This document shows, piece after piece, positions 16,298 through 25,901 of a stretch of DNA of 64,000 nt (positions are counted from its first letter, which is position 1; each line of letters opens with the position of its first letter). The DNA lies in the NCBI GenBank assembly GCA_009377635.1, contig WHTR01000004.1, forward strand, positions 1,682 to 65,681, in the 5' to 3' direction. The notes under the pieces are model-generated. The model had not been told where the DNA came from. It did no database searches and saw only the letters and a program-made list of their open reading frames with translations. The stretch comes from Chloroflexota bacterium (lineage in GTDB: Bacteria; Chloroflexota; UBA6077; SHYK01). A program made the position numbers and the translations under genes.

Positions 16298-16867
16298 GTG
16301 AGCAGGGCGCCAGTAATCGCAGTCGCGTCGATCGGTGCAGTGCAGATCGCGATCCTTCAGGACCTTCTGCCGGTCATCGAGGCGCACCTCCCCGGATGGA
16401 TCGTGCGGCCGGCCACGCGGGACCTGCCGCAGCCCGATGAGGCGTATGCCGCGAGCCGGTCGCAGTACGAAGCAGAACCGATCCTCGAACGGCTGTCGGC
16501 GCTGGGTGAGACTGCCGATCGCATCCTGGGTGTGGTGGATCTTGACCTCTACGCGCCGGGCTTGAACTTCGTCTTCGGTCAGGCTCAACCAGGCGGCCCA
16601 GCCGCAGTGGTCGCGCTCGCCCGACTCCGGCCCGAGTTCTGGGGAGAACCCCCGAATGCCGACCTCCTGCAGGAGCGGGCAGTCAAGGAGGCCGTTCATG
16701 AGTTGGCGCACACGTGGGGGCTCGGGCACTGCGCCGACCCAACCTGCGTCATGTTCTTCTCGAGCACCCTGGGTGAGACCGATCGCAAGAGCAACGAGCT
16801 CTGCACACGACATGCAGAAGAGCTGTCACGCAGCCTCCGGCCGGCCGAACGGCAGCCACATGGGTAG
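16298..16867 (+). CDS. archaemetzincin-like zinc metallopeptidase (peptidase M54)
   Basis: HELAHTWGLGHCADPTCVMFFS matches the archaemetzincin signature HExxHxxGxxHCxxxxCxM. Confidence 0.8.
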   Translation: MSRAPVIAVASIGAVQIAILQDLLPVIEAHLPGWIVRPATRDLPQPDEAYAASRSQYEAEPILERLSALGETADRILGVVDLDLYAPGLNFVFGQAQPGGPAAVVALARLRPEFWGEPPNADLLQERAVKEAVHELAHTWGLGHCADPTCVMFFSSTLGETDRKSNELCTRHAEELSRSLRPAERQPHG

Positions 16868-16897
16868 CGCGCGGGTCCCCCGAATCAGGGACGAGCG

Positions 16898-17869
16898 ATG
16901 CGAGCGAGCTCTGCGATGACGGACGGCAGGCAATGGGATATCACCGTCGTGGGTGGAGCCAACACTGACTACATGGTCCGTGGCCCGGAGCTCCCCGCGC
17001 CGGGGACGTCGGTGGTGGGAGACGTGTTCATCGAAGCGCCGGGCGGAAAGGGGGTGAACCAAGCAGCGGCAGCCGCCCGGCTCGGTAGCCACGTCGCGCT
17101 TGTCGCTCGCGTCGGTGGCGATGCGCGCGGGCAGGCCGTGATCGACGGCCTGGTGGCGGACGGCGTGGATACGCGCTTCATCTACCGGGATCCCGACTTG
17201 ATCACGGGCGTCGCCCTGATTCAGGTTGCCCACCGAGGCGAGAAGCAGATTCTCATTGCCCCTGGAGCGAATCACGCGCTCACGCTCCAGGACGTGCGCG
17301 TCGCAGCACCTGCGATTACCGGCGCCGCCCTCGTCGTCGCGCAGCTCGAGGTGCCGCTTGACGCGGTCCTCGAAGCAGGAAGGCTGACCCAGGAGGCTGG
17401 TGCCCAGATGGCACTCGATGTAAGTCCTCCGCGCACACTGCCGCGTGAGCTGCTGCGCCGCCTCGACCTTGTCCGTGGGAACACGCGTGAGGCCGAAACG
17501 CTGACTGGCGTCCGGGTGACGGACCGAGCATCAGCGCGCGCCGCCGCCGAGCGGATGATCAGCTGGGGTGCTCGAATCGCAGTCGTCCAGGCCGGAGACG
17601 CGGGTGACCTGGTCCTTCGAGGCGAAGACGAGGTATGGCTCCCCCGGATTCTGCTGGAGGGAGTGGATGCGACGGGGGCCGGCGATACGTTCATGGCAGC
17701 CATTGCCACGGCCCTCGTCGAGGGATGGCCCCTCGAACGGGCAGGGAGGTTCGCCAGCGTTGCGGCTGCGCTCGCGACCACGGTCTTTGGCGCTCGTGCC
17801 GGCCTGCCACGTCGGGCGGCCGTACTCGAGCTTCTCGATTCGTTCGATGCGAGAGCCGACGTCCGCTGA
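16898..17869 (+). CDS. PfkB-family carbohydrate kinase (ribokinase-like)
   Basis: VVGGANTDY, GGKGVNQA and the C-terminal DATGAGDTF motif. The start is ATG 16898 or 16916. Confidence 0.85.
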   Translation: MRASSAMTDGRQWDITVVGGANTDYMVRGPELPAPGTSVVGDVFIEAPGGKGVNQAAAAARLGSHVALVARVGGDARGQAVIDGLVADGVDTRFIYRDPDLITGVALIQVAHRGEKQILIAPGANHALTLQDVRVAAPAITGAALVVAQLEVPLDAVLEAGRLTQEAGAQMALDVSPPRTLPRELLRRLDLVRGNTREAETLTGVRVTDRASARAAAERMISWGARIAVVQAGDAGDLVLRGEDEVWLPRILLEGVDATGAGDTFMAAIATALVEGWPLERAGRFASVAAALATTVFGARAGLPRRAAVLELLDSFDARADVR

Positions 17870-18021
17870 ACTGGCGGTTAGAGCACCAGTCAATTCTCGA
17901 AGTAACGGCTTTGAACGATCGGGTAGCCGCTCGCGAGGCAGTCCGCGACGGATCGGAGCGAGTTGGGCTGGTGGTTGCGTGGAACAACGGCGTACTTCGC
18001 ATTCCGAGCACGAACAGAGAG

Positions 18022-18659
18022 ATGCTCATGCCAGACTGCCTGCAGGGTGATCAGGCGCCACCCACGAGCGAGCAGTGGGAGGCAATCGACCGGGTGGTTG
18101 TTGAGACGGCCGAGGGCATCCTGGTCGGTCGCCGCGTCATCTCCCTCGCTGGTGCTTTCGGGCCCGGCGGACAGGGGACCAAGAGCGACACTGTAGGTGG
18201 CGCCGGTTCGGGCGAGATCGACCTGCTGGGCGTGACCGACGGGGAGTCCGTCGAGATCGCATGACGACAGTTCCTCCCGCTCCCGTTGGTCTCCAAAGAC
18301 TTCTGGCTGCACTGACGGGATGTCGAATCACCCCGACCGTTTGGGGTCCCGTTCGACACGGCGAAGGCAGCGGCAGCCGCTGTCGTGTGCGCCCAAACCG
18401 AGGACCGCCTGATCTTCGATGGTCACCCTGCGCTCGGGCTTCCGGGCCTCGGAACCCTAGAGGGGCGCCAGATCCTGCCCCTGAGCGACTGGACGGCGGG
18501 GGGACAGCGGTTTGCGGACGTGAGGCCGGCGTTCGCGCACGCACCGAAGCGACGCTCATCGGGTCCTACGGGCTCGTAGTGAGTCCCGGTCTGTACGCGC
18601 AGCTCAACCGGGTGTTCGATCAAACCGGGGTGCTTGCGATGGCACCGGTCTGCCATTGA
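18022..18659 (+). pseudogene. family-1 encapsulin (linocin M18-like) shell protein, decayed
   Basis: EQWEAIDRVVVETAEGILVGRRVISLAGAFGPG..., ...RQFLPLPLVSKDFWLH..., ...AQTEDRLIFDG... and ...YGLVVSPGLYAQL are collinear with encapsulins. The gene is broken by in-frame TGAs at 18262 and 18313, a frameshift near the G6 run at 18498-18503, and loss of the C-terminal ~75 aa. Confidence 0.7.
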
Positions 18660-19404
18660 GGATGGGGTAATTCCGGGACGCGGCCTCGACGTTTGGGCCG
18701 GGCGGGGTGACGTCCTTCGGCCGCGTGAAGCGATACCCGAGCCCCCGCTCGTTCTCGATGAATCGCGGGCCGTCCGGGTCCGGCTCGATCTTCGCCCGCA
18801 GCCGGCTGATGAACACTTTCAGGTAGTCTGGCGAGGCTCCGTAGTCCGCGCCCCACACCCGGTCGAGGAGCGCCTGGTGGGGCATGAGCCGACCGGCGTT
18901 GCGCACCAAGTGGTAGAGCAGCTTGTACTCGACCGGGGTCAGCTTCACCCGCTGCCCGTGGAGGGTGACCTCGCTGTTCTGGAAGTTGATCGTCAGCGCC
19001 CCGGCGACGAAGTCGGGCACCGCCCGCACCGGTAGTGGCAGCTCGGCCCGGCGCAGCACCGCCTTCACGCGGGCAAGCAGCGCGAGGTGGCTGAAGGGCT
19101 TGACGACGTAGTCGTCCGCGCCCAGCTCGAGCCCGCGCACCTGCTCGATCTCCTCGGTGCGGGCGGTCAGGATAATGACAGGCACGTCGGAGACCTTGCG
19201 GATCTCCTGGAGGATCTCGAAGCCGTTCCTGCCGGGGAGCGTGATGTCGAGGACCACGACATCCGGATCGTGCTCATAGAACTGTTGGAGGCCCTGCTCC
19301 CCATCGACGGCGCTGATGACGGTCGCATCCTGCCACTGCAGCTGGAAGCCGATGGACATCGCATCGAGGACCTGGGAATCGTCGTCAATCACGAGGATCT
19401 TCAT
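18604..19404 (-). CDS. OmpR/PhoB-family response regulator (orphan), with ~35-aa C-terminal extension
   Basis: Receiver domain (MKILVIDDD...VVLDITLPG...VKPF) and winged-helix domain (LTPVEYKLL...GLGYRF). The tail after GYRFTRP runs into the encapsulin remnant on the other strand. Confidence 0.9.
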   Translation of the reverse strand: MKILVIDDDSQVLDAMSIGFQLQWQDATVISAVDGEQGLQQFYEHDPDVVVLDITLPGRNGFEILQEIRKVSDVPVIILTARTEEIEQVRGLELGADDYVVKPFSHLALLARVKAVLRRAELPLPVRAVPDFVAGALTINFQNSEVTLHGQRVKLTPVEYKLLYHLVRNAGRLMPHQALLDRVWGADYGASPDYLKVFISRLRAKIEPDPDGPRFIENERGLGYRFTRPKDVTPPGPNVEAASRNYPILNGRPVPSQAPRFDRTPG

Positions 19405-19580
19405 TCGCCCTGCCTCGGTTCGAGACTCTCAGAGTGGCTCGTGTGCTGCCTTTAGCAAATCCGCGGTGTCTAGCACACCTGCGCCACCAACCTACCCAGA
19501 ATGCCAGACGCCTGTTGCGGCGCAGGTAATGGCCAGTTAATCGTCGGTGAACGAACGCACAGTCTGACTTCTTACTTCGT

Positions 19581-19608
19581 GTTCACCGGGCGCAACGTCG
19601 TCGTTCAT
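19581..19608 (+). promoter_or_regulatory. GTTCAC-N16-GTTCAT direct repeat (22-bp phasing) upstream of the GT2 gene
   Basis: Lies in the divergent response regulator/GT2 intergenic region, 40-67 nt upstream of ATG 19648. The hexamers belong to the GTTNAC family described in the findings. Confidence 0.25.
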
Positions 19609-19647
19609 CGCGAACTGAGAGAAAGGAGCAGACCACGCGCGCCGAAC

Positions 19648-20514
19648 ATGCGATTGAGCGCGATTCGCGGCGCGTTCTGGGTTGTGCCTGTGGACACCGT
19701 CCTCGACATCCTCATTCCGACCTATCGACGCCCGGGCGCGCTGGCCGTCACGCTCGCCGGGCTGGCCGCGCAGACGATGCGCGACTTCCGCCTTGTCGTT
19801 TCTGATCAAACGGAGGATGAGTCGGTGCTCGAGCAACCCGAGGTCCGGTCGGTCGTGCGCGTCCTCCGTGTCCACGGGCATGAAGTCCGCCTGTTCAAGC
19901 ATCTACCACGCCGTGGGATGGCGGAGCAACGCCAGTTCCTCCTTGGTCAGGCCATGACACCGTACTGTCTGTTTCTTGATGACGACGTCCTGCTCGAGCC
20001 CGATATCGTAGAGCGCATGCTCGGCTGTATCCAGAGAGAGAGCTGCGGGTTTGTTGGCTGCGCGGTACTGGGATTGAGCTATCTGGCTGACTTCCGGCCT
20101 CACGAGCAGGAGATCGAGTTCTGGGAGGGGCGCGTGCAGCCCGAAGAAGTGCTCCCCGGTTCACCTGCCTGGCAGCGCCACCGACTGCACAGTGCCGCTA
20201 ACCTCTTTCACGTTCAGCATCGGCTGGGACTGACTCGGGCGAGAGAGCGCAGATATCGTGTTGCCTGGGTTGGGGGGTGTGTCCTCTACGACACATTCAA
20301 GCTCCGCTCGGTAGACGGTTTCTCATTCTGGGATGAGCTACCGAACGAGCATTGCGGCGAGGATGTGCTGGCCCAACTGCGGGTGATGGCGCGTTTCGGG
20401 GGATGCGGCATTATCCCGTCGGGCGCCTACCACCTCGAACTATCGACCACGGTCGTGGATCGCAAGGTGAATGCGCCGTTGGCGCTGCGGAGCACGAACG
20501 GACCGGTATCGTGA
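19648..20514 (+). CDS. family-2 glycosyltransferase
   Basis: ILIPTYRRPGAL...VVSDQ...LFLDDD (DxD). The start is uncertain (ATG 19648 chosen). The stop overlaps the next start (GTGA). Confidence 0.8.
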   Translation: MRLSAIRGAFWVVPVDTVLDILIPTYRRPGALAVTLAGLAAQTMRDFRLVVSDQTEDESVLEQPEVRSVVRVLRVHGHEVRLFKHLPRRGMAEQRQFLLGQAMTPYCLFLDDDVLLEPDIVERMLGCIQRESCGFVGCAVLGLSYLADFRPHEQEIEFWEGRVQPEEVLPGSPAWQRHRLHSAANLFHVQHRLGLTRARERRYRVAWVGGCVLYDTFKLRSVDGFSFWDELPNEHCGEDVLAQLRVMARFGGCGIIPSGAYHLELSTTVVDRKVNAPLALRSTNGPVS

Positions 20515-21623
20515 GCCCTCTGGGGCTGCCCGACGAGGTTTGCAAGATCGCGGTGCTGCGCGCCAATGGGCTTGGCGACCTGGTGTTCGCACTGCCGTCG
20601 CTCGTCGCGCTGCGCGCACGGTACCCCGGCGCCGAGATCGTGCTGCTCGGCCGCGAATGGATGCGTGACTTCCTGGCTGGTCGGCCCGGCCCGATCGATC
20701 GGGTGGAGCCAGTCCCAGCGGTGCCGGGCCTCGGCCTGCTCGACTCCGACTCCTACTCAATCGATGAGACCGCGCGGCTGGAGCACTTCTTCGCCGCGAT
20801 GCGGCGTGAACAGTACGACGTCGCCGTTCAGATTCACGGCGGCGGGAGCCATTCGAACCCGTTTCTCCAGCGGCTCGGCGCACGGTACACCGTTGGCCTG
20901 AAAGCGGCAGACGCCCCGCCACTCGACCGCTGGGTCCCCCACACGTACTTCCAGCACGAGGTCATGCGCTACCTCGAGGTCGTGGCACTCCTCGGCGCGA
21001 CGACCAGTGAGATCGAGCCGCGCATCGACGTAGTCCCAAGCGACGTGGACGAGTCGCTTCGAGTCGTGCCTCACGACGTCAAGGCCATGGCCGTGCTCCA
21101 TCCGGGCGCGACCGACCCGCGACGACGCTGGCCAGTCGAGCGGTTCGCCGCCGTCGGCGACGCGCTCGCCCGAGCGGGCGCACGCGTGGGAGTGAGCGGC
21201 ATTCGCACTGAGTGGCAGCTGGTTCAGGGGGGCGTCGAGGCGATGGAAGAGCCGGCCGTCGATCTCAGCGGCCGCCTCTCAGTCAACGGGCTCTGTGGGC
21301 TCCTGTCTCGCTCGTCGGTTGTCGTCTCGAACGACTCCGGCCCGCTTCATCTGGCAGCCGCCGTCGGCGCGCGGACGACCGGCATCTACTGGTGCGGCAA
21401 CTTCATCAACGGCGGTCCGCTGACCCGCACTCGGCATCGAACCGCGATCTCCTGGTGCCTGGAATGCCCGGCGTGCGGGGCGAACAACCTATCGGTTCGC
21501 TGTGCGCATGCATCGTCGTTCGTGGCAGACGTATCCATCGATGAGGTCCAGACGGCCGCCCTGGAGCTCATCGCAGTTAGCTGCCAGCACGGTGTTCAGA
21601 GAAGCAGGCAGGGGCGGCGTTAA
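20511..21623 (+). CDS. family-9 glycosyltransferase (heptosyltransferase-like)
   Basis: KIAVLRANGLGDLVFALPSL..., HPGATDPRRRWP and VSNDSGPLHLAAAVG are GT9 hallmarks. The GTG start at 20511 overlaps the GT2 TGA. Confidence 0.85.
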   Translation: MSPLGLPDEVCKIAVLRANGLGDLVFALPSLVALRARYPGAEIVLLGREWMRDFLAGRPGPIDRVEPVPAVPGLGLLDSDSYSIDETARLEHFFAAMRREQYDVAVQIHGGGSHSNPFLQRLGARYTVGLKAADAPPLDRWVPHTYFQHEVMRYLEVVALLGATTSEIEPRIDVVPSDVDESLRVVPHDVKAMAVLHPGATDPRRRWPVERFAAVGDALARAGARVGVSGIRTEWQLVQGGVEAMEEPAVDLSGRLSVNGLCGLLSRSSVVVSNDSGPLHLAAAVGARTTGIYWCGNFINGGPLTRTRHRTAISWCLECPACGANNLSVRCAHASSFVADVSIDEVQTAALELIAVSCQHGVQRSRQGRR

Positions 21624-21629
21624 CGAGTC

Positions 21630-21646
21630 GTTCACGCGAAGTCACC
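21630..21646 (+). promoter_or_regulatory. GTTCAC-N5-GTCACC direct repeat upstream of the DUF2795 gene
   Basis: Sense orientation, 79-95 nt upstream of ATG 21725. A further GTTCAC is at 21703-21708. Confidence 0.3.
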
Positions 21647-21724
21647 GCGCCAGTGACGCCGCGCTGGGATAGTAGCAAGCGACGGGTATCGAGATCGATC
21701 CTGTTCACAACTGGCATGTGAGGA

Positions 21725-21928
21725 ATGAGGATGGCGAATCCCCTGAATCCGGTCCAGGCGCAGAAGTTCCTTAAGGGGCTCGACTACCCCGTCCATAAGG
21801 GCAAGCTCGTGGAAGCAGCTCGAACGCAAGGCGCGGACGAGAACGTCCTGAACACTCTGCAGAGCATGCCCGAGCGCCGGTTCAACAGCCCGAATGACGT
21901 CACTGAAGAGATCGGCAAGCTCAGTTAG
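21725..21928 (+). CDS. DUF2795 domain protein
   Basis: VQAQKFLKGLDYPVHKGKLVEAARTQGADENVLNTLQSMPERRFNSPNDV matches the DUF2795 pattern. The start may be the ATG at 21731. Confidence 0.75.
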   Translation: MRMANPLNPVQAQKFLKGLDYPVHKGKLVEAARTQGADENVLNTLQSMPERRFNSPNDVTEEIGKLS

Positions 21929-21955
21929 CGTTCGCGGCCGGGCTGGACGGCCCCC

Positions 21956-22357
21956 GTGAACCAGGGGGCGTCTGGAGACGGCTACGTACTCGTGGCACGA
22001 GCCACGGACCTGGCGCGAGGTCAGCTCCGTGAGTTCGAGGTAGCGGAGCAGCGCGTCGTAGTCGGGCGTCTAGCTGACGACGGCGTCGTCGCCTTTCAAG
22101 CTCTCTGCCCGCATGAGAATGCTCCACTCGTCGAGGGACATCTCCACGGCAACGCTATTGACTGCGCGCGCCACCATTACCTGTTCGACGTCCACTCGGG
22201 GGATAACCTGTTTCCGATGCCCATCTATCCGGTGTGGAAACGTGCGCAGGTGCCTGCGATGCGACTTCGGCGGTTCCCTGTCATTGAACGGAACGGCTGG
22301 ATCGCCCTCGCGCCTCATCCCTGCCCGGAGCCGTCCGAGCGGGCATCGAAGAAGTGA
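21956..22357 (+). CDS. Rieske-type [2Fe-2S] ferredoxin domain protein
   Basis: CPHENAPL...CARHHYLFD (CxH...CxxH). 133 aa, GTG start. Confidence 0.75.
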   Translation: MNQGASGDGYVLVARATDLARGQLREFEVAEQRVVVGRLADDGVVAFQALCPHENAPLVEGHLHGNAIDCARHHYLFDVHSGDNLFPMPIYPVWKRAQVPAMRLRRFPVIERNGWIALAPHPCPEPSERASKK

Positions 22358-22457
22358 TGCGTTCCTGGCGAGCTGCGAGCTCGTCGTCGCCTCAACGCAC
22401 TCAGCGCTACAGAACCCGGCACCTGACCAGACAGCACGGCTCCTCGCTGGGTGAGTC

Positions 22458-23096
22458 TCAAGCTTCCGTCATCATATCCGCGGGCCAGGCGGGAGCGCAC
22501 GTCTCGCATTCGGGCTCCAGGATATTGAGGTAATCGAGCCACGACACAGCCTCATCGAAGTGTCCGTACCCGACTGCGAACGGCGTACGCCAATACATGA
22601 TGCCATTGCGGCCGACGACCAAGAGTGTGGGCTGCTCCGCGCCGAGCAGTGCGTGCACATCTCCGTCGGCGTCGGCGAGCATCGTTCCGCCCAGCGGCAT
22701 CGCGGCTCGAGCGCGCTCGGCCGGCTCGAGCGTGCCGCGTATGACCACGAGAAGCTCCGCGCCTTCTGACCGGATTGCGTTCTCGTGCGCGGCAGCCTCG
22801 GTCACCGCATCGCACGACGGGTCCGCGTCAGCGAGCCAGAGTACCAGGTGCCGGCGGCCGCGATAGTCCCACGACCGCACGAGCCCACCGCTTGTCGCTG
22901 GAGCCTCGAAACCGGGAAGAGCTCCCAGCCCTGCCAGGCCCGCCGACTCGGAACCCGAGCTTTCGGTTCGATCACGGGCCATTGTTCGTCGAACCTCCGC
23001 GTGGATGTTGGGCATCGGCGAGCCATGCGGCCGATTCCAAGCGATCTGCGCTACACGTGCGATGCCCAACCACCAATCGCGCGTGCACAATTCCAT
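22458..23096 (-). CDS. thioredoxin-fold (AhpC/TSA/redoxin-like) protein
   Basis: LPGFEAPATSGGLVRSWDYRGRRHLVLWLADADPSCDAV resembles the redoxin N-terminal pattern. The start is uncertain (several in-frame Met). Confidence 0.5.
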   Translation of the reverse strand: MELCTRDWWLGIARVAQIAWNRPHGSPMPNIHAEVRRTMARDRTESSGSESAGLAGLGALPGFEAPATSGGLVRSWDYRGRRHLVLWLADADPSCDAVTEAAAHENAIRSEGAELLVVIRGTLEPAERARAAMPLGGTMLADADGDVHALLGAEQPTLLVVGRNGIMYWRTPFAVGYGHFDEAVSWLDYLNILEPECETCAPAWPADMMTEA

Positions 23097-23128
23097 CGTG
23101 TCAACCTTGTCGACGTCTGATGAGCCGC

Positions 23129-24286
23129 TCAGTCCGCTTTGAGCTTGTCAGCGACCAGCCCCTTCTGCGAGCCCAGCCCGAGTTGCCCGCGCAGCTCCAG
23201 GAAGCCGACCACCTCCGACCGGGAGAGGAGGCCGACGAGCCTCTCTCCTTCAGTGACCGGGAGCTGGTTGAGTCCCCCGTCCGCCAGGAGATTGATGGCC
23301 CGCTGCATACCGGTACCCGGAGAGACGGTCTTGAGCGGCGCCCGGGTCATGATCTCGCCGACTGGTATGCTCGGCCACGACTGGGCGGGAACCTGCTTTG
23401 CGTCGGTGATGCTCACGATTCCGACGAGGCGGCTGTCCTCCATGACGGGCATCGCTCGGATACCTTGACGGATCACGTGGTCGTGCACGAACTCCTCCGT
23501 GCTCATCTCCGGGCTCGCTGTCGTCGGTCGCGGGTTCATCAGGTCTGCCGCGCGAACGCCCTGCAGGGATTCTCGGAGTTCGAGCTGCTGACGGCTTCCC
23601 TCCGCCCCGCTATTGAGGAACCAGCCGATGAAGATCAGCCACAGGCCGCCCAGGAGATTGCCACCGAAGAGCTGGAGCACCCCCAGAATGACGAGCAGGA
23701 GTCCGAGCCCCTGGCCGACGTAGGACGATATGTCCGTGGCGCGCTGGACGTTGTTCGTAGCAGCCCAGATGAATGAGCGCAGCACCCGTCCTCCGTCCAG
23801 CGGAAAGCCAGGGACCAAGTTGAAGCCGCCGAGCAGTACGTTGACGATCGCGAGGTAGACGAGGATCCCCCCCAGTGGCGTGGGCCCTGGCGAGACAACC
23901 TGAAGGACGACCCAGAAGACTCCAGCGAGAACGAAGCTGGTGACCGGTCCCACGATGCTGATAATGAATTCATCGTACGGCCGCTCCGCTTCCTCCTCGA
24001 TGCGAGACATCCCGCCGAAGATGAACAGCGTGATGCTGTGCACCCCGAGCCCGCGAGCCATTGCCACCAGTGAGTGACTGAACTCATGCACGAGGACCGA
24101 GCCAAACAAGGCGAGGGCTGCAATGGCGCCCGCAACCCAGTATGCGAGGGCGTCCCAGCCACCAAAGGCCTCTGGGAAGAATCCCTGGGCGAGCGACCAC
24201 GTGATGAGGACAAAGGCGAACGGCCAGGTGTAATGAACCAAGACCGGAACCCCGGCGATCTCGCCCAGCCTGAAGGTATTCGGCAT
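23129..24286 (-). CDS. site-2 protease family (M50) metalloprotease with tandem CBS domains
   Basis: HEFSHSLVA (HExxH), multiple TM segments, NLVPGFPLDGGR, and a C-terminal CBS pair. Confidence 0.85.
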   Translation of the reverse strand: MPNTFRLGEIAGVPVLVHYTWPFAFVLITWSLAQGFFPEAFGGWDALAYWVAGAIAALALFGSVLVHEFSHSLVAMARGLGVHSITLFIFGGMSRIEEEAERPYDEFIISIVGPVTSFVLAGVFWVVLQVVSPGPTPLGGILVYLAIVNVLLGGFNLVPGFPLDGGRVLRSFIWAATNNVQRATDISSYVGQGLGLLLVILGVLQLFGGNLLGGLWLIFIGWFLNSGAEGSRQQLELRESLQGVRAADLMNPRPTTASPEMSTEEFVHDHVIRQGIRAMPVMEDSRLVGIVSITDAKQVPAQSWPSIPVGEIMTRAPLKTVSPGTGMQRAINLLADGGLNQLPVTEGERLVGLLSRSEVVGFLELRGQLGLGSQKGLVADKLKAD

Positions 24287-24290
24287 GTAG

Positions 24291-24926
24291 TCAGGCCGCC
24301 GCTGGCCGAACAGCCGCGGAGCTCACCAGGCGACGTTCGACTGCGTCCCAATCAATGTTACCGAAGAACGCCTCGATGTACTTGCTCCGCTCTGCGGGAC
24401 TGTAGTCCAGCATGAACGCATGCTCCCAAACATCCATGACCAGGATGGGCTTGAAGCCGGCCGGGTGGCCGTCTTGGTGCAGGGTCACCCAGTGGTTGCT
24501 CAATCGTCCGGTGATCGGATCCTGGTACAGGATTGCCCAGCCGACACCGCGAATCTCCCCCACGAGCTGGAAGTCCTCCTTCCACGCATCCCAGCCGCCG
24601 AAACTATCACTCACTGCCATGCCGATTTCGCCACGATCCATTGGCGCGCCGCGGCCGTGCGGTGTCAGGTTGCCGAAGTAATACTCGTGGAGGATCATGC
24701 CGTTGTACTCGAAGCCGGCGTTCCGTCTCAGCTCGGCGAACTCCCGCGTTCCCCCTTTGCCCTGGTCGAAGAGTTCCGCGATTCGCTCGTTGAGCTTGTT
24801 CGTGTTGCTCACATAGCCATCATAGAGCTTGAGATGGGCTTCGATTTGCTGGTCGGAGATGCCTCGCAGTCCCTTTAGCTGCGAAAAGTCGGTCGGCGTG
24901 TAGCGGGTCAGCATGTTCTGAGGCAT
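24291..24926 (-). CDS. sodA: Fe/Mn superoxide dismutase family protein
   Basis: C-terminal DVWEHAF signature, ILHEYYF, and N-terminal IEAHLKLYDGYV. GAGGAGGG RBS. Confidence 0.8.
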   Translation of the reverse strand: MPQNMLTRYTPTDFSQLKGLRGISDQQIEAHLKLYDGYVSNTNKLNERIAELFDQGKGGTREFAELRRNAGFEYNGMILHEYYFGNLTPHGRGAPMDRGEIGMAVSDSFGGWDAWKEDFQLVGEIRGVGWAILYQDPITGRLSNHWVTLHQDGHPAGFKPILVMDVWEHAFMLDYSPAERSKYIEAFFGNIDWDAVERRLVSSAAVRPAAA

Positions 24927-24996
24927 GTCGGGCCCTCCTCAACAAGAATCTCACTATCCTTATCGCGCGGTCCGGTTGCGGACGGCGTCGTCCCTC

Positions 24997-25013
24997 GTCA
25001 ACAGCCCGTCAAC
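24997..25013 (-). promoter_or_regulatory. GTTGAC-N5-GTTGAC direct repeat upstream of the SOD gene
   Basis: The plus strand reads GTCAACagcccGTCAAC. It is sense-oriented for the minus-strand SOD gene, 71-87 nt upstream of its ATG. Confidence 0.35.
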
Positions 25014-25215
25014 AACGACCGACTCTCATGGCGGCTTCCCTTGTGGATCGGTACCTCGTGGGCCTCTGGCCCGCTTCGGGCAGCGAAAGACGTTTACCGT
25101 CCGCAGGGAACGGACGCGTCTGACGACGTGCCGAGACGGGCACTTGCCGAGCTGTGACCGCCTCTCCATGCGCGCAACGGCGCCTGCTGCCCCCGGCCCG
25201 AGCGCGGCGGTGTCG

Positions 25216-25602
25216 CTACGATTCCTCACGGCGGCGGCTCGCCTCGCGCTTGCCCTGGCACTCGATACACAAGGTCGCGTGGGGACGCGCCCGCAGCCGC
25301 TCAGGCGGAATAGGGCGGCCGCACACCTCGCATGTGCCGTACGTGCCCGCCGCGAGTCGTTGCCGGGCGGCTTCCGCTTGCGCCGCCTCTTCGTCGATGA
25401 CCTCGCGGGTCGTCTCTCCCAGCTCACGCTGGTACGTCGCGTCGGCAAGGTCACCAGTATGCTGGTCGACCGTCGTCAATTCGCCGGTGATGTCCCGCTG
25501 GTCCCCGGAAAAGGCTGCGTTGTCGACCGCCTCGCGCAGTCGCCGGAGATTCTCTGCCTTCTTCTCGAGCTCCTCTTCGGGATTTCGTTCATGTTCTGTC
25601 AT
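25216..25602 (-). CDS. DksA/TraR-family C4 zinc-finger protein
   Basis: C-terminal CEVCGRPIPPERLRARPHATLCIECQ (CxxC-N17-CxxC) after a coiled-coil-like acidic region. Confidence 0.85.
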   Translation of the reverse strand: MTEHERNPEEELEKKAENLRRLREAVDNAAFSGDQRDITGELTTVDQHTGDLADATYQRELGETTREVIDEEAAQAEAARQRLAAGTYGTCEVCGRPIPPERLRARPHATLCIECQGKREASRRREES

Positions 25603-25660
25603 TGACCCCTCCTCGTCTCGTTAACGTACCAAGAGGCTGTCACGGTGCGCGTTATTCGAT

Positions 25661-25677
25661 GTAAACGACCGGTGAAC
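25661..25677 (-). promoter_or_regulatory. GTTCAC-N5-GTTTAC direct repeat upstream of the dksA-like gene
   Basis: The plus strand reads GTAAACgaccgGTGAAC. It is sense-oriented for the minus-strand gene, 59-75 nt upstream of its ATG. Confidence 0.4.
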
Positions 25678-25901
25678 GACCGGATGGACGCGCTCTTCCT
25701 GGCTCTCCTTGGCATTGACCTCAGCGTAACTCCCAGATACGAGTCCAGTAACAAAGCACGTGCACAATAGGTACAGTGAAAGCGACTACGAGGGCACCTC
25801 GACCGGTCGGTCGTGGTGACGGAGCACGATCTCGACACGTGGTTGATCTTAGACGAGAGATGCACGACAGTCCACGTGTGGCGCACAAGGAGGAGAGGCC
25901 A

